From contig JADHSZ010000004.1 in NCBI GenBank assembly GCA_016776635.1, forward strand, positions 16,777 through 80,776: a DNA stretch of 64,000 nucleotides. Reading direction: 5' to 3'. This stretch comes from Alphaproteobacteria bacterium (GTDB taxonomy: Bacteria; Pseudomonadota; Alphaproteobacteria; UBA11136). A model generated the notes under the pieces. That model had not been told where the DNA came from, made no database searches, and saw only the letters and a program-made list of their open reading frames with translations. The position numbers were made by a program, and so were the translations under genes. Shown one piece after another: positions 51,703-62,300 of this stretch (position 1 is the first letter of the stretch; each line of letters begins with the position of its first letter).

Positions 51703-52970
51703 AGATACACCGTCCCGTCTAGGTCGTTGGTTAACGTCACCGTGAGCATCCTCCCGGCGGCATCGTTTTTTGCGCCCTGGAAGTCGAAGCTGGCCTGGAT
51801 GCCGCCCGGCCCGTCGACGGCCAGCTTGGGCTTGGGCAGGTAGACCTCGTGGGCGGTGAACAGGACCTTCGAGGAGCCTATGGTGTAGCCGAACTCCAGA
51901 TCCACCGGCGTGCCGCCGGCGGCGGCGTCGATCAGGCTGGTGTCAGCGAAGCGTACGTCGATGCGCCCCGTCAGCGCCGCCACGGTCGGATCGGCGCCCT
52001 CGATCAGCCCGTCGGAGCGGATGGTCTCGATCTTCTCCAGGTTGTTGGAATAGGTGAGCGAGCCGGAGGTCAGGTTGCCGACCGGCTGTCCGGCCTTGGT
52101 GATAGAGCCCTGGAACTGGCTGATGCGCGAGAACGCCAACGTCGTCGGCGTCCCGCCCTGGGTCGTAGCATTGCGGGTTTCGCCCTGGGCGATGGCATTA
52201 ATGGTCGCTGCCGCCGCGCCGGAGCGCTGGAACTCCAAGGTGATGGAATTGAGCACCACGCCGGCATGCATGAAGAAGGCCGGCACTTGGGCCATGCCGA
52301 CCTCGATGGAATAGCTGGGCAGAACGTCGATGCCGGAAACAAAGACATGGGATGATCCGCCGCCGGTAAGCGCAGGACCGCCGGCCATGGCCGCCGACGC
52401 CGCGAGGGTGAAGGCGTTGCCGGATACGCCCGCCGTGTCGTGTGTCAGCAGCAGCCGCTGGGTGCTGGCCGGACGGCTGTAGGTGGCGTCATCGATGTTG
52501 ACGTCAACCGAACCGTTGAGGTCGGTGATCAGTTGATCGATGGTCTGGGTCGCCGTCGTCTGGATCTGCGTCTCGTTGCCCGACGGGACACCGGATACGA
52601 ACGTCCAGGTCGTGCCGCCTACCGTAATCGTGTCGCCGTCCGACGGGTTCGTTGCGAAGTCGATATATCCGCTCGCCGCAACTGCATTCGAAGTAGGATC
52701 GCCGAGCAGCCCGGTCAGCCAGAAACCGAGATAGCGGGGATCGACGGGGACGACGATGTCGCCCTCGTCGTTGATCACGTCCTGCAAGGGGGCCAGGGGA
52801 TCACGCCCCTGGCCAAGGACGGGATCGTCGATCAGGCCTTGCTCACTGCCCAGGGAACAGCTGTTGAAGGGTATGCGCACGTAGTCGCCGGACGCCTGGC
52901 CGCCATAGGCGCTCTCGCGCTTCATGAGCAGCGTGGCGCTCGAACCATAGGCTCGGGCCATGATGTTCAC
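51699..52970 (-). CDS. Phage major tail (tube) protein
   Basis: 423 aa, Thr/Ser/Gly-rich beta-rich protein, positioned between the tail terminator-like gene and G/GT. Confidence 0.55.
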   Translation of the reverse strand: MNIMARAYGSSATLLMKRESAYGGQASGDYVRIPFNSCSLGSEQGLIDDPVLGQGRDPLAPLQDVINDEGDIVVPVDPRYLGFWLTGLLGDPTSNAVAASGYIDFATNPSDGDTITVGGTTWTFVSGVPSGNETQIQTTATQTIDQLITDLNGSVDVNIDDATYSRPASTQRLLLTHDTAGVSGNAFTLAASAAMAGGPALTGGGSSHVFVSGIDVLPSYSIEVGMAQVPAFFMHAGVVLNSITLEFQRSGAAAATINAIAQGETRNATTQGGTPTTLAFSRISQFQGSITKAGQPVGNLTSGSLTYSNNLEKIETIRSDGLIEGADPTVAALTGRIDVRFADTSLIDAAAGGTPVDLEFGYTIGSSKVLFTAHEVYLPKPKLAVDGPGGIQASFDFQGAKNDAAGRMLTVTLTNDLDGTVYL

Positions 52971-52990
52971 TCCTTAAAGTTTGATGATGT

Positions 52991-53425
52991 TCAGCCGAGT
53001 GGGCTGTCGGTCTCGTACTCGACGGTCATCGCGAGGATGCCGTGCTTGATGGCGGACGCGCCGATGACCGTCTCGGTGTCGATCTCCGGACGGCCGTAGG
53101 TCATGCCGAAGGCGATCCCGCCGAGGGTCGGATCGGACTCCAATGCGGCCCCCACCGCCTGCACCAAGGTATCGAAAGCGGCATCACGGGCCATGGCGTC
53201 ACCCTCTTCGACATAGAGTTCGATCTCTACGTCGTGGCTGTAATAGGCGCCGCCGAAACCGCCCAAGGCCGTGTCCGGCTCTCCAGGATTGCCATCGCGC
53301 AACACGATCAGGCCGCCGGTGGGGATTTTCTCGGGCACCGCCGTGTTGCGCTCGATCTTGGCGTTGGGCACGGCCTCAAGGCGCGCCTTGATTACCTGAA
53401 GAATCTGTTCGGGCTTGCTTGTCAT
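52991..53425 (-). CDS. Phage tail terminator/completion-like protein (gpU-position)
   Basis: 144 aa. Assigned by gene-order synteny with lambda-like tails only. Confidence 0.35.
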   Translation of the reverse strand: MTSKPEQILQVIKARLEAVPNAKIERNTAVPEKIPTGGLIVLRDGNPGEPDTALGGFGGAYYSHDVEIELYVEEGDAMARDAAFDTLVQAVGAALESDPTLGGIAFGMTYGRPEIDTETVIGASAIKHGILAMTVEYETDSPLG

Positions 53426-53563
53426 TTTGGGAAATGCTCGCGTTCGGGAAATCGTCCTTGACGAGGAGCCACCCCCGTCCTAACTTCCTCATATACACCC
53501 CTTGTGGTTTCGACCGCAGGGCGCGGGGCCTCTTCGGAGGCCCTTGCTTTTTGAGGAGCTTGA

Positions 53564-54187
53564 ATGCGAACCTACGTCTACATCGATGGGTTCAATCTTT
53601 ACTATCGTGCGCTGAAGGGAACTCCGTGAAAATGGCTCGACCTGATGGCTCTCTTCAGGGCTGTCCTGCAGGGCCATCACAGGATCGAGTGCATCAAGTA
53701 CTTCACGGCGCGGGTAACAGCCACGCCCGACGATCCCTCGAAGCCCCAGCGACAGGATGTCTATCTCCGGGCCCTGCGGAACCATGTTCCCGAGTTCGAA
53801 GTCCATTTTGGCCATTTCCTTACTCACCGTGTTCGCGCGCCTCTCGCCAAACCAACAGAAGGGAAGCGATTCGTAGAGATCATCAAGACCGAGGAGAAGG
53901 GTTCCGACGTCAATCTCGCCGTGCATCTGTTGAACGACGCTTGGCTTGACCGATACGACTGCGCCATCATTGTTTCCAACGACAGCGACCTCGCGGAATC
54001 CATGCGGCTCGTCAAGGAACATGGCGGCAAGACCATCGGTTTGATCACACCAGGCAAAAGTCATCCGTCTCGACAACTTCTCAAACACTCGGATTTTGCG
54101 CGGCATATCCGTGCATCGGCGCTACGAAGCTGCCAACTGCCGAGTCCCATCCCCGGCACGAACATCCGTAAACCGGACCACTGGTGA
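53564..54187 (+). pseudogene. NYN (PIN-like) domain protein, moron on the opposite strand within the prophage, with in-frame TGA at 53627-53629
   Basis: GAGGAG RBS, MRTYVYIDGFNLYYRALKGTP-TGA-KWLDLMALFRAV...DCAIIVSNDSDL. Conserved NYN motifs lie on both sides of the stop. Confidence 0.55.
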
Positions 54188-54200
54188 TCATAACGGTTCA

Positions 54201-54845
54201 TCAGTTGCCCAAATGCCGGCCGATCAATCCCGGCAACCGTCTCTCCCAGCGCTTGACCTCTCGCTTCACATCCAGCCGTTTTTTGAGCCGCACCTGCGGC
54301 ACCATGATGAACATGACCACAGTAGTCATGCCCTGTTTCATGCGCCCGGTCTTGGTGAAGGCGCCGCCCTTGGCGCGGCGGCCCGTCCGTCCGGACTTGT
54401 TGACGCGGACCCCGTCCACCACCAGGAGCGACGGACGCCCGCGGCGATAAACGAACCGTAGCGGGCCGTAGCGATGCTCCGGGAAGTTGGACGGGTTGAT
54501 CCGTTTCCCTCCGACCCCGCGCTTAGGCGCCGATGGCGTCGGAATGGCCAGCCAGAACCCGGACTTGCTTTTGATCACCGCCCCCTCGTCGAAGGTGCGG
54601 ATGATCTGGGGCGCTTTGGACCAGACCATGGCGGCGGCGTTGTATCCTTTGTTGGGATAGGTGCGGTCCCGCCAAGTGCGAGACAAACGCATGCCGAGGC
54701 CCGCCGAAACCACTTGCTTGCGCAGATCGCCTTTGAGCCCACGCCCGGCTTCCTTGATTCCGGCGGTCACGGCCTTGGAAATAGTCCGCATTTCCGTTTC
54801 CATTCCGGCCATGATGGAACCGGTGACGGTGGCGGCGAGCTTCAT
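54201..54845 (-). CDS. Phage structural/morphogenesis hypothetical protein
   Basis: 214 aa, basic. Between head-tail joining and tail genes. Confidence 0.4.
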   Translation of the reverse strand: MKLAATVTGSIMAGMETEMRTISKAVTAGIKEAGRGLKGDLRKQVVSAGLGMRLSRTWRDRTYPNKGYNAAAMVWSKAPQIIRTFDEGAVIKSKSGFWLAIPTPSAPKRGVGGKRINPSNFPEHRYGPLRFVYRRGRPSLLVVDGVRVNKSGRTGRRAKGGAFTKTGRMKQGMTTVVMFIMVPQVRLKKRLDVKREVKRWERRLPGLIGRHLGN

Positions 54846-55150
54846 GCCGGTCTCACATCCAGGGTCCAGATCAACCGATCCGGATCGCGGCGTTCCGGTT
54901 CTCCCTGGATGACGTAGTCGGCGCCATCCACCGTCAATCGATCACCAGGAAGCGGTGTCGCGACCTCGGATGACCTAACCTCGAACAAGGCGGTTTCGGT
55001 GAGGACGCGGGTATCGCCGAAGCCGACGATCTCGTCGGGACGCCTAGCGATCACCCGGACGTTTACCGTCCCGCCACCGTCGGGAGTGTAGCCGGCGTCC
55101 ACGCCGAAGCAGGCGAACACCGTGTCGACGGCGGCGGAGAAGGCGTTCAC
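54842..55150 (-). CDS. Phage head-tail joining / head completion protein
   Basis: 102 aa. Position and size match head-tail adaptor families. Confidence 0.45.
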   Translation of the reverse strand: MNAFSAAVDTVFACFGVDAGYTPDGGGTVNVRVIARRPDEIVGFGDTRVLTETALFEVRSSEVATPLPGDRLTVDGADYVIQGEPERRDPDRLIWTLDVRPA

Positions 55151-55160
55151 CCGCGATCCC

Positions 55161-55484
55161 CTACACGTTTAGCCGCACGATGACCGTCGCGTCTCCGGAC
55201 ACCGCCGCGACAGTGGCGGCGCCGATCAGGGTGTTGGCGGTGGCCGTGGTGGTGACGTTCTTGTTCGTATTGTCCCAGTAGACCTTGGCGCCCTGCGCAA
55301 TAGCGCCGGTGGCCTTGGGCAGTTCGAAGACGCCGGTGGTCTGGACTTCGACATTATCGTTCTCCGCCGCGTCGCCGGCGGCGATCCCGAACAGGCTGCC
55401 GACCAGGACGCCATCGCCGCTGGCAACGCCCCCGGTGGGCGCGGTCAGGGTCAGGGTATCGCCTTTTTGGATAAAGTTCTTCAT
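55161..55484 (-). CDS. DUF2190-like phage protein (head-associated, follows the capsid-protease fusion)
   Basis: 107 aa. KGDTLTLTAPTGGVASGDGVLVG...GAKVYWDNTNK pattern. Typical partner of protease-capsid fusion genes. Confidence 0.55.
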   Translation of the reverse strand: MKNFIQKGDTLTLTAPTGGVASGDGVLVGSLFGIAAGDAAENDNVEVQTTGVFELPKATGAIAQGAKVYWDNTNKNVTTTATANTLIGAATVAAVSGDATVIVRLNV

Positions 55485-55521
55485 GGGGTTGTTCTCCTCG
55501 TAATCAGGTTATGGGACCGAG

Positions 55522-57672
55522 TTAGACACCCGGATTCTTGTGCATACCGCGCCAGTCGATAGCCTTGGCCCCGAAGTCGAGGCGGGCCTTGACCTCGACG
55601 CCGTCCACGTCGAAGCCCATGCGGGTCTCGATGTAGACGCCCTCCTGGCCTTCGAGATAGGCGTATTCGATGGTGTCGATTTGGGCCGGGCTGGCGAACA
55701 GGTACCAGGGCACGGCGCCTGACGCCGGGTCGAGCCGGGGCTCGGCGATCACCGCCAGGGAGCGGATGGATTGCGGCACCACGTCGCCGCTCTTGGCCGG
55801 GACCAGGTTCTGGGCGATGATCTGTTCGGCGGTTAGCTCCAACGTCGAGGGCACCACCAGGTAAGCGGGCCGGATGTTGAGGATGGTCTTGCCGTCCAGC
55901 CCCACCTGCTTGGCCATGGCGGCGCGGGCGACGCCCAGGTTGGCGACGTCGAGGACTGCGCCGGCGGCGGCCAAGTTCTTGTGGCTGGCGTGGAACAGGG
56001 CCTTGGTGTCGCCCATGGCCGGGTTGGCGGTGATGATCCCCCAGACCACGTCGCTCTCCAGGGTGGCGGCGGAAGTCCCGAACAGCGAGGGCACACGGGT
56101 GAAGGCGTCGAGGTCGTCGTTGATGATCACTTGGCGGGTGATGCCGATGACCTTTCCGTAGGTCTCGACCCTGTAGCTTTCCTTGCCCTCGCCCATGGTG
56201 CCGCGCTTGAACTCGCCGTTCTCGGCCACCTTCTCCAGCTGTGGGGCCTCGCCCAGTTGCAGACGGCGAATATCCTTGAAGTCGCTGGCGGACGCCCTCC
56301 GGGCGATGGCCGGAAAAGTCCGCGGCGCCGCCTGATAGGCGTCCCGCAAGGTCTTGTTGGTAACGGCGGCGAGGATCTCCGGGAAGTCGCTGGTCGAATG
56401 CAGCGCCCGCGTCGCGATCTCGTCGCGGCTGAGCCCGCGCACCCGCGTCCCGTCGGTCTCAAGGAAGGCGCGGGCCAGTTCGAGCAGGGAATAGCCCCGC
56501 CATTCACGCGCCGGCTCGGGCAGGTCGAAACGGCTGGGATCGAAGCGATGCAGCAACGCCGCCTCCACCGCGTCCCGCCGGGTCTGGCGTTCATCCATGC
56601 CACCCATGGTGATCTGGGATCGGGTCTCGGTCTGCTCGTCGCGCTCGGCGACGGCGTCGATCAGGGTCTTGCGGGCCTCGTCCAATGGCGCGCCGCGCTC
56701 GACCAGTCCCTCGGCGACGCTGTGCTCGACCCCCAGCTTGCGGGCGGTCTCGTAGATGCCGGCGGCGCGGCCGCGTTCCTCGGCGACGGCGCACTGGGCT
56801 TCCGCTCTCGCCTCGATGTTGGCCTCCGCCTTCGGCTCGGCATCGGCCTGAGTGACCGCCTTCTTGCCGGCGGCAGCATCCACAGCCGCGCGCTGCTCGG
56901 GCTCCATCTCGGCGGCGGTCTCCGAGCGTTGGTCCAGAACGGGAGCTTCTTCGGAAACGGCATCGGTATCGGCAACGGAACCCGACCGCTTCTCTTCGAG
57001 GGGCAGTTCGGCTTCCGGGGTGTCTTGAGGTTCCATGGTGTTTTCTCCTTCAAGGGATAAAGATTCGGGGTTTTGCGATCTGGTGATCAGGCGGCAGGGT
57101 TGTGGGTCCAAAGCGGCGGAGCGGAAACCGGCGTCCGGATCGGCGCCGATGGGAACGGCGGAGAGTTCCGCCGGGGTCCAGTCGATGGCCCGCCAGACCG
57201 GGACCTTGCCTTCCTCTTGCGCGATTTCGTAGGCGCGAACGCTGTAGCCGACCGAGACGTTGCGGATGATCCCGGCACGCACGTCCCGCCATACCGGCTC
57301 CACGTCGTCGCGCTCGCTGAAGCGCACGAGAGCCTTGCCGACCGGAAAATCACCTTCCTCGACCCAGGCCCGCTCGACGACGCCGATGACGCCGTCCAGA
57401 GACCAGGCGCCGTGGGTGTCGAGCAATGGCGCGCCGCCGTTGAGGCGCGACAGGTCCACATGCTCGGGGTCCAGGGACAGGAACTCCTCGTAGGCCTCGC
57501 CGGTCATGCGGTCCCGGCGCGGGACACGGGCCCCGGACGACCAGACAACCTCGACGGTGCGCGCCTCCTCGTCCACGCTTTCCGGCAGCATGCTGGCCAT
57601 CCGAGTCTGCATGGGCAGGCTCACTTGGTTACGTTCGGGGCTCCGCTCAGGAGCCGTCGCTGTTTGGGCCAT
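55522..57672 (-). CDS. Prohead protease (HK97/S78-like), scaffold-like linker and major capsid protein fusion
   Basis: 716 aa. N-terminal protease-like region, Ala/Glu-rich middle, C-terminal approximately 300 aa with capsid-like features. Confidence 0.65.
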   Translation of the reverse strand: MAQTATAPERSPERNQVSLPMQTRMASMLPESVDEEARTVEVVWSSGARVPRRDRMTGEAYEEFLSLDPEHVDLSRLNGGAPLLDTHGAWSLDGVIGVVERAWVEEGDFPVGKALVRFSERDDVEPVWRDVRAGIIRNVSVGYSVRAYEIAQEEGKVPVWRAIDWTPAELSAVPIGADPDAGFRSAALDPQPCRLITRSQNPESLSLEGENTMEPQDTPEAELPLEEKRSGSVADTDAVSEEAPVLDQRSETAAEMEPEQRAAVDAAAGKKAVTQADAEPKAEANIEARAEAQCAVAEERGRAAGIYETARKLGVEHSVAEGLVERGAPLDEARKTLIDAVAERDEQTETRSQITMGGMDERQTRRDAVEAALLHRFDPSRFDLPEPAREWRGYSLLELARAFLETDGTRVRGLSRDEIATRALHSTSDFPEILAAVTNKTLRDAYQAAPRTFPAIARRASASDFKDIRRLQLGEAPQLEKVAENGEFKRGTMGEGKESYRVETYGKVIGITRQVIINDDLDAFTRVPSLFGTSAATLESDVVWGIITANPAMGDTKALFHASHKNLAAAGAVLDVANLGVARAAMAKQVGLDGKTILNIRPAYLVVPSTLELTAEQIIAQNLVPAKSGDVVPQSIRSLAVIAEPRLDPASGAVPWYLFASPAQIDTIEYAYLEGQEGVYIETRMGFDVDGVEVKARLDFGAKAIDWRGMHKNPGV

Positions 57673-59146
57673 TCTCTTCTCCTTCCTGATAGATTTTCGC
57701 CGCGCCCGTCTGGGTCGCCCGGCGCGGATCGCTGTCGAGCACCAGGCCCAACTCGTCGAGCCTGGCGTTGGTGTCGGCGATCTCGGCCAGCACGTCGGAC
57801 GGGTCGTAGCCGTTGCGCGCGATGGCTTCCTTCAGGGTCATGAAGCCGGAGCGCACGGACATGACGTCGGCCTTGGCGTCCTTGAGCGGGTCCACCGCCT
57901 CGAACCGGGGCGCCGTCCACTCGACGCCGAAGTCGCCGGCGGGCAGCCCGTCCACGGCCTGGGCCACCTCCACGAAGCGCCGCCACACCGGGTTGCAGAG
58001 ACCGGGGATCAGCACCTGTCCCTGCAGGGCCTCCATGCGGCGGCGGAACTCGATCAGCCCGGCCCGGATGCTGGAATAGTTGACCTGGCTGAGATCGCCG
58101 GTAAGCAGTTCGTAGGTGAGCCCCAGCCCCGAGGCGATGGCGTGGAGCTGGAAGCGCATGTATTCCGGATAGCCGCCGCTGGCCGCCGGGGCGGCGAAGC
58201 GCACGTCCTTGCCCGCCGGCAGGTATTCGATCATGCCGGGCTCGAAAGTCTCGACCCGGCGGCCGGCCTCGTCCTCGCCGACCTCGCCCAGGGTCTCGCC
58301 GTCGTCGGCGTCGAGCACGAAGGCGGCGAAGCAGGCCTCGATTTTCTTGCGCACCAGTTCGGCATCATCGTATTCGTCCAGATCCCGCATCTTGATGATG
58401 ACCGGGGCGAACCAGGGAACGCCGCGCTCCTGACCGGGGCGCAGGCGCTCGAACACATGGCAGACGTCGGCGGCAGGCACCCTCTTGCTTTGCAAAGAGC
58501 CCCGGCGGAACGCAGCGACCTCGCCGGGATGGACCGGGTACAGCCAGTACGCCACGCGGCGCCCCAGCCGGTCGAACTCGATCCCCTGGTGAATAAAGCC
58601 GCTTCCCTTGGCCTCGCCGGAGCGCAGGGTATCGAGATGGTCGGCCTCCAGCACCTGGAGTTGCAGAGGCACCGCCAGCCCGTCAATGGCGCGGCGGGGC
58701 CGCATTCTGACCAGACACTCGCCGCTTTCCACCATGGCCCGGGAAACCAGCGCCTGCAGGCCATGGAAGTCAGTGCGCCCGTCGGCGTCGCATTGTGCCG
58801 TGAACCGGGTCCACAGCTTGTCGGCCGCATCGTTAAGGGCGGCGTCGCCGGATCGGGCGCGGGCCTTGAGGCCGCTGCCCACCAGGTTGCCGACCAGGGC
58901 GTTCACCCCCTTGGCGGCATAGGGGTTGTTTCGCACCAGGTCCCGCGAGCGGTCCCGGAGCCGGGGCAGTGCGGCGGCGATCTCGGCGCATGCGCCGCTG
59001 CCGGGCGTCCTCCAGCCTTCGGTCCGCCGGCCTAGCTTGGCCCCCTCGTAGCCCCGGCGCAGGATATTCATCGCCACGCGGGCGCGGGCGCGGCGAAGGC
59101 CGGCGCGGGGCGAGAAGAACCCCACCGTCTGGTCAAGCCAATTCAT
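57647..59146 (-). CDS. Phage portal protein (lambda gpB family)
   Basis: Start MNWLDQTVGFF with AAGGGG RBS. Follows gpW as in lambda. Confidence 0.8.
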   Translation of the reverse strand: MNWLDQTVGFFSPRAGLRRARARVAMNILRRGYEGAKLGRRTEGWRTPGSGACAEIAAALPRLRDRSRDLVRNNPYAAKGVNALVGNLVGSGLKARARSGDAALNDAADKLWTRFTAQCDADGRTDFHGLQALVSRAMVESGECLVRMRPRRAIDGLAVPLQLQVLEADHLDTLRSGEAKGSGFIHQGIEFDRLGRRVAYWLYPVHPGEVAAFRRGSLQSKRVPAADVCHVFERLRPGQERGVPWFAPVIIKMRDLDEYDDAELVRKKIEACFAAFVLDADDGETLGEVGEDEAGRRVETFEPGMIEYLPAGKDVRFAAPAASGGYPEYMRFQLHAIASGLGLTYELLTGDLSQVNYSSIRAGLIEFRRRMEALQGQVLIPGLCNPVWRRFVEVAQAVDGLPAGDFGVEWTAPRFEAVDPLKDAKADVMSVRSGFMTLKEAIARNGYDPSDVLAEIADTNARLDELGLVLDSDPRRATQTGAAKIYQEGEENGPNSDGS

Positions 59147-59151
59147 CGGAT

Positions 59152-59355
59152 TCACCCCTTGCGGAACGACGCCAGGCTGCTCGACGGCCGGGGCTTGCCG
59201 ATTGCTGTGGCGATCCCGCGTTCGACCACCCGGATACGCCGGATCAGGTCGGCTTCCGAGCCGTATTCCACCGTCCGTCCGTCGTAGGAGACACGGAGCG
59301 TGCCGGAGGCATAGGCCGCTTTCAGGGCGTCGAGTTCCGTTTGCGTCCAAGTCAT
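59152..59355 (-). CDS. Head-to-tail joining protein gpW-like
   Basis: 67 aa. MTWTQTELDALKAAYASGTLRVSYDGRTVEYGSEADLIRRI. Located between terminase and portal. Confidence 0.6.
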   Translation of the reverse strand: MTWTQTELDALKAAYASGTLRVSYDGRTVEYGSEADLIRRIRVVERGIATAIGKPRPSSSLASFRKG

Positions 59356-59395
59356 TTTTTGTCCCTGTCCGGGCTCCGCTCGTCCTCGCCTCTTG

Positions 59396-62300
59396 TCATT
59401 TGAGCCAGTTTCCTCTGCGGTTGCCGAGCCAGTCGCCGCGATGTCCTGACGCCGGGCGCGAGGGGCGCGTCTTCGACCCGGATGGGCGTTGTTGCTTGGT
59501 CTTGGGTGCCGGATCGCCGCCCAGGGAATCCACGAACTTGCGCCAGTGGCGTTCCTCGAAACGATCCAGGCCGACCACGGCCACCGCCGCCCGGGCGTAG
59601 ACGTAGCAATCCAGCGCCTCGTTGCGTTCGCGCAGCTTGCGCCATTCGCGAACGGCATAGCCGCGCCTGTTCTTGGTGGTCACCAGTTGCTCGGAGCACA
59701 GTTGTTTGCAGTACTCGCCATCGACCTTGGGCAGGTGGACATAACCGGCTGGATAAATCTCACCGGCTTTCAATTCTTCGTCGGTCGGGCGTTCCTTGCG
59801 CAGGTTGTTGAATAATTCCAACTTAGCGATGCCGCCGGCCACCGGGCGCACCTTGACGCCGCGCCGGAGCCGCTTGCCTCCCGCCGTGATGTCGACGGCG
59901 GTCGGCATGCCGACCAGGGCGGCGCCCCGTTCCACGCCCTTGATGGCCATGACCAGTCCAGCGTGTTGGCGGCGCGCCCAGCTATAGACCTCCTGGGTTG
60001 CGTAACCGGAATCGACGGCCAAACGCTTGAGCGGCATCTGGACGCCGGAGGCATGGCTCCAGGTCTCCGACAGCATCTCTGTCAGTTCTTTCCAGACCTC
60101 CTCGCGAGATGTGTCGCCGTCGATCACCCGGTGCTCAATTAGCCACGACTCCTTGTCTCTTCCCCAGGCCCAGATGGAAACCTCGATACGGTCTTTCTGA
60201 ATATCGACGCCGGCGGTGAGAAGCAGGCCGCCCTCGGGCACCGTGCCCTCACGGTAATCCTCGCGGCGGTCATAAAGGCGCTGCCAGTCGGGCGCCTCTC
60301 CGACTTCTTCCCAGGTCTCGCCCAGGTCCGTGTTCTTCACCGACTTGACCGCCGCGTCGGAACCCTGCGCCGCCAGCCAGGCCCCGGCGATCTGCTTCCA
60401 CGACCGCCAACCCACCGGGCTGTACAGGCTGGATAGATGGAACCCCGCTGTCTTGCCGTTGTCGTTCTCCGGTTTGGCCGTCGCCCGCCACTCGCCGTTC
60501 TCCAGCATCCAGGTCTTGTGATGCTCCTCGATGCGGGCCTGGCAGTGTTCGCATTCGTAAGATGCGGTTTCCGGCTTGCCCTTCTCCCATTTCAACTGCT
60601 CGAACTTGAGCCACTGGTGTTTACGGCAGACCGGACAGGGCACGAAGTAACGGCGCTGGTCGGACGCCTCGTACTCGCGCTCGATCCGGGACGCCCCACG
60701 GATGGTCGGCGTCGAGACGATCAGGATTTTGCGCCGCGAGAACGTTCGGGTCCTGGCCTCGGCCAGGGCGACGGGATCGCCTTCGCCGTCAATGTCGCCG
60801 GGATAGCCGTCCACTTCGTCCAAAAACAGGTAGCGCACCGGCATGGAACGCAAACCGACGGCCGAGTTGGCGCCGGTCATCACCAGGACGCCTCCGGGGA
60901 ACTCCTTGGCCAGCACCGTGTTGCCCGCGTCCCTGGAACGCGCCGGCTTGACGAGCTTGCGCAACGCCGCGCTCTCCTCGATCAGCGGGTCGATCCGCTG
61001 CTTGGAGTTGCGCTTGGCCATCTCGACCGTGGGCAGCACCGCCAGCATGGGCCCCGGCGCGTGATGGATGACGTATCCAATCCAGTTGTTGCCGGCTTCG
61101 GTGTTATGGGTCGGTATCCAGCCTTTTCCGCAAAGGTAAAGGTGATTTGGCGAGTCGACCGAGATGCAGCGAACCGGAACACTCTTTACGGGTCTGATGG
61201 CGACTATCCGGCGACGACGGCTTCTGGAAGGACGTCCAGCCCGGATCAAACGCATACGCTCGACCTTTCGGGACAGCTTGAACATGGGTTCTTCCTGGTA
61301 GGCCGTCCAGGTAACCCGCCAGCCGGCCAGTGTCTCGCATATCTTATTGCCGCCCGGGAACATTCTTCGTTTTGACGGAGTCCGGTGAACGCTCGGCTTG
61401 TAACCAAGGCTGCGAAGCAATTCCGCCATGGAGTCGGCTAGGCCAGCATTCGTGTTGCCGAATTCACACCGCTTGCCATCCGAGGAAATAAATCCATCGG
61501 AATCCATCAACCCACGGACAAGCTCAAGCCTTTGCTCTCTGCTTGCCCGCATGTATTGGGGAGGAACATGTTTGTTATCGAGCAAATCGAGCATGAGAAG
61601 CCGAACGGTGAATCTGGATCGCCCCTTGGGCGTCACCGGTCGATTGGGGTTTTGATCCAACCTGTAAGTTGGATCGATAATGATGTTGGCGCATTTCCCC
61701 TTGCGCCACTTCGGCAGCCTAAATTCGGCAACAACCCCACAGGAGCGGAGATGCTCGGCGGCTTCCGTGTCGTCCTCATGGACACTGATGTGGTTCATGA
61801 TGGCGTTTCCGTCCCCGAGCCAAAACCCGAGAACATAGGGATGGATGATCAGGTCCTGCTCGGGTAAATCCAAGGGGTCGCAACAATCCACGGCATATCG
61901 ATAGCGTTTGCTTTTTCCGATACGGACGCGCCAGATCATCTCCTCGGTCCGGAGTACCTTCGCGACGGGCTTGTCGTTGGTGAAATCCATCACCGGCCAG
62001 CGGTGTGCGCCATCGCAAACAACCCGTTCTCCATCATCGAAGGTGATTTCAAAGCATTGCCGCCCGGTCATCACCTCGGACACGCTGGTCACTCTGCAGA
62101 ATCGCCCCTTTTCGTCAAAAAGCGTATCGCCGACCATGAGCGTCCCCATGGTTTTCCAGCCAACCGCCGTAGGAATTGGCGTGTCGACGGCCAGCGGACC
62201 GCCGATCTGGGCGCCCTTCATCAGGACCACCCGCTCGACCTTCGAGGCCGGCGCGAGACAGTCCATGATCTCCTTGAGATACGGCGTGCGGCCGGTGCGC

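Noticed and set aside
55981-57060. 359-aa plus-strand ORF
   Set aside because: Antisense shadow of the protease-capsid fusion gene.
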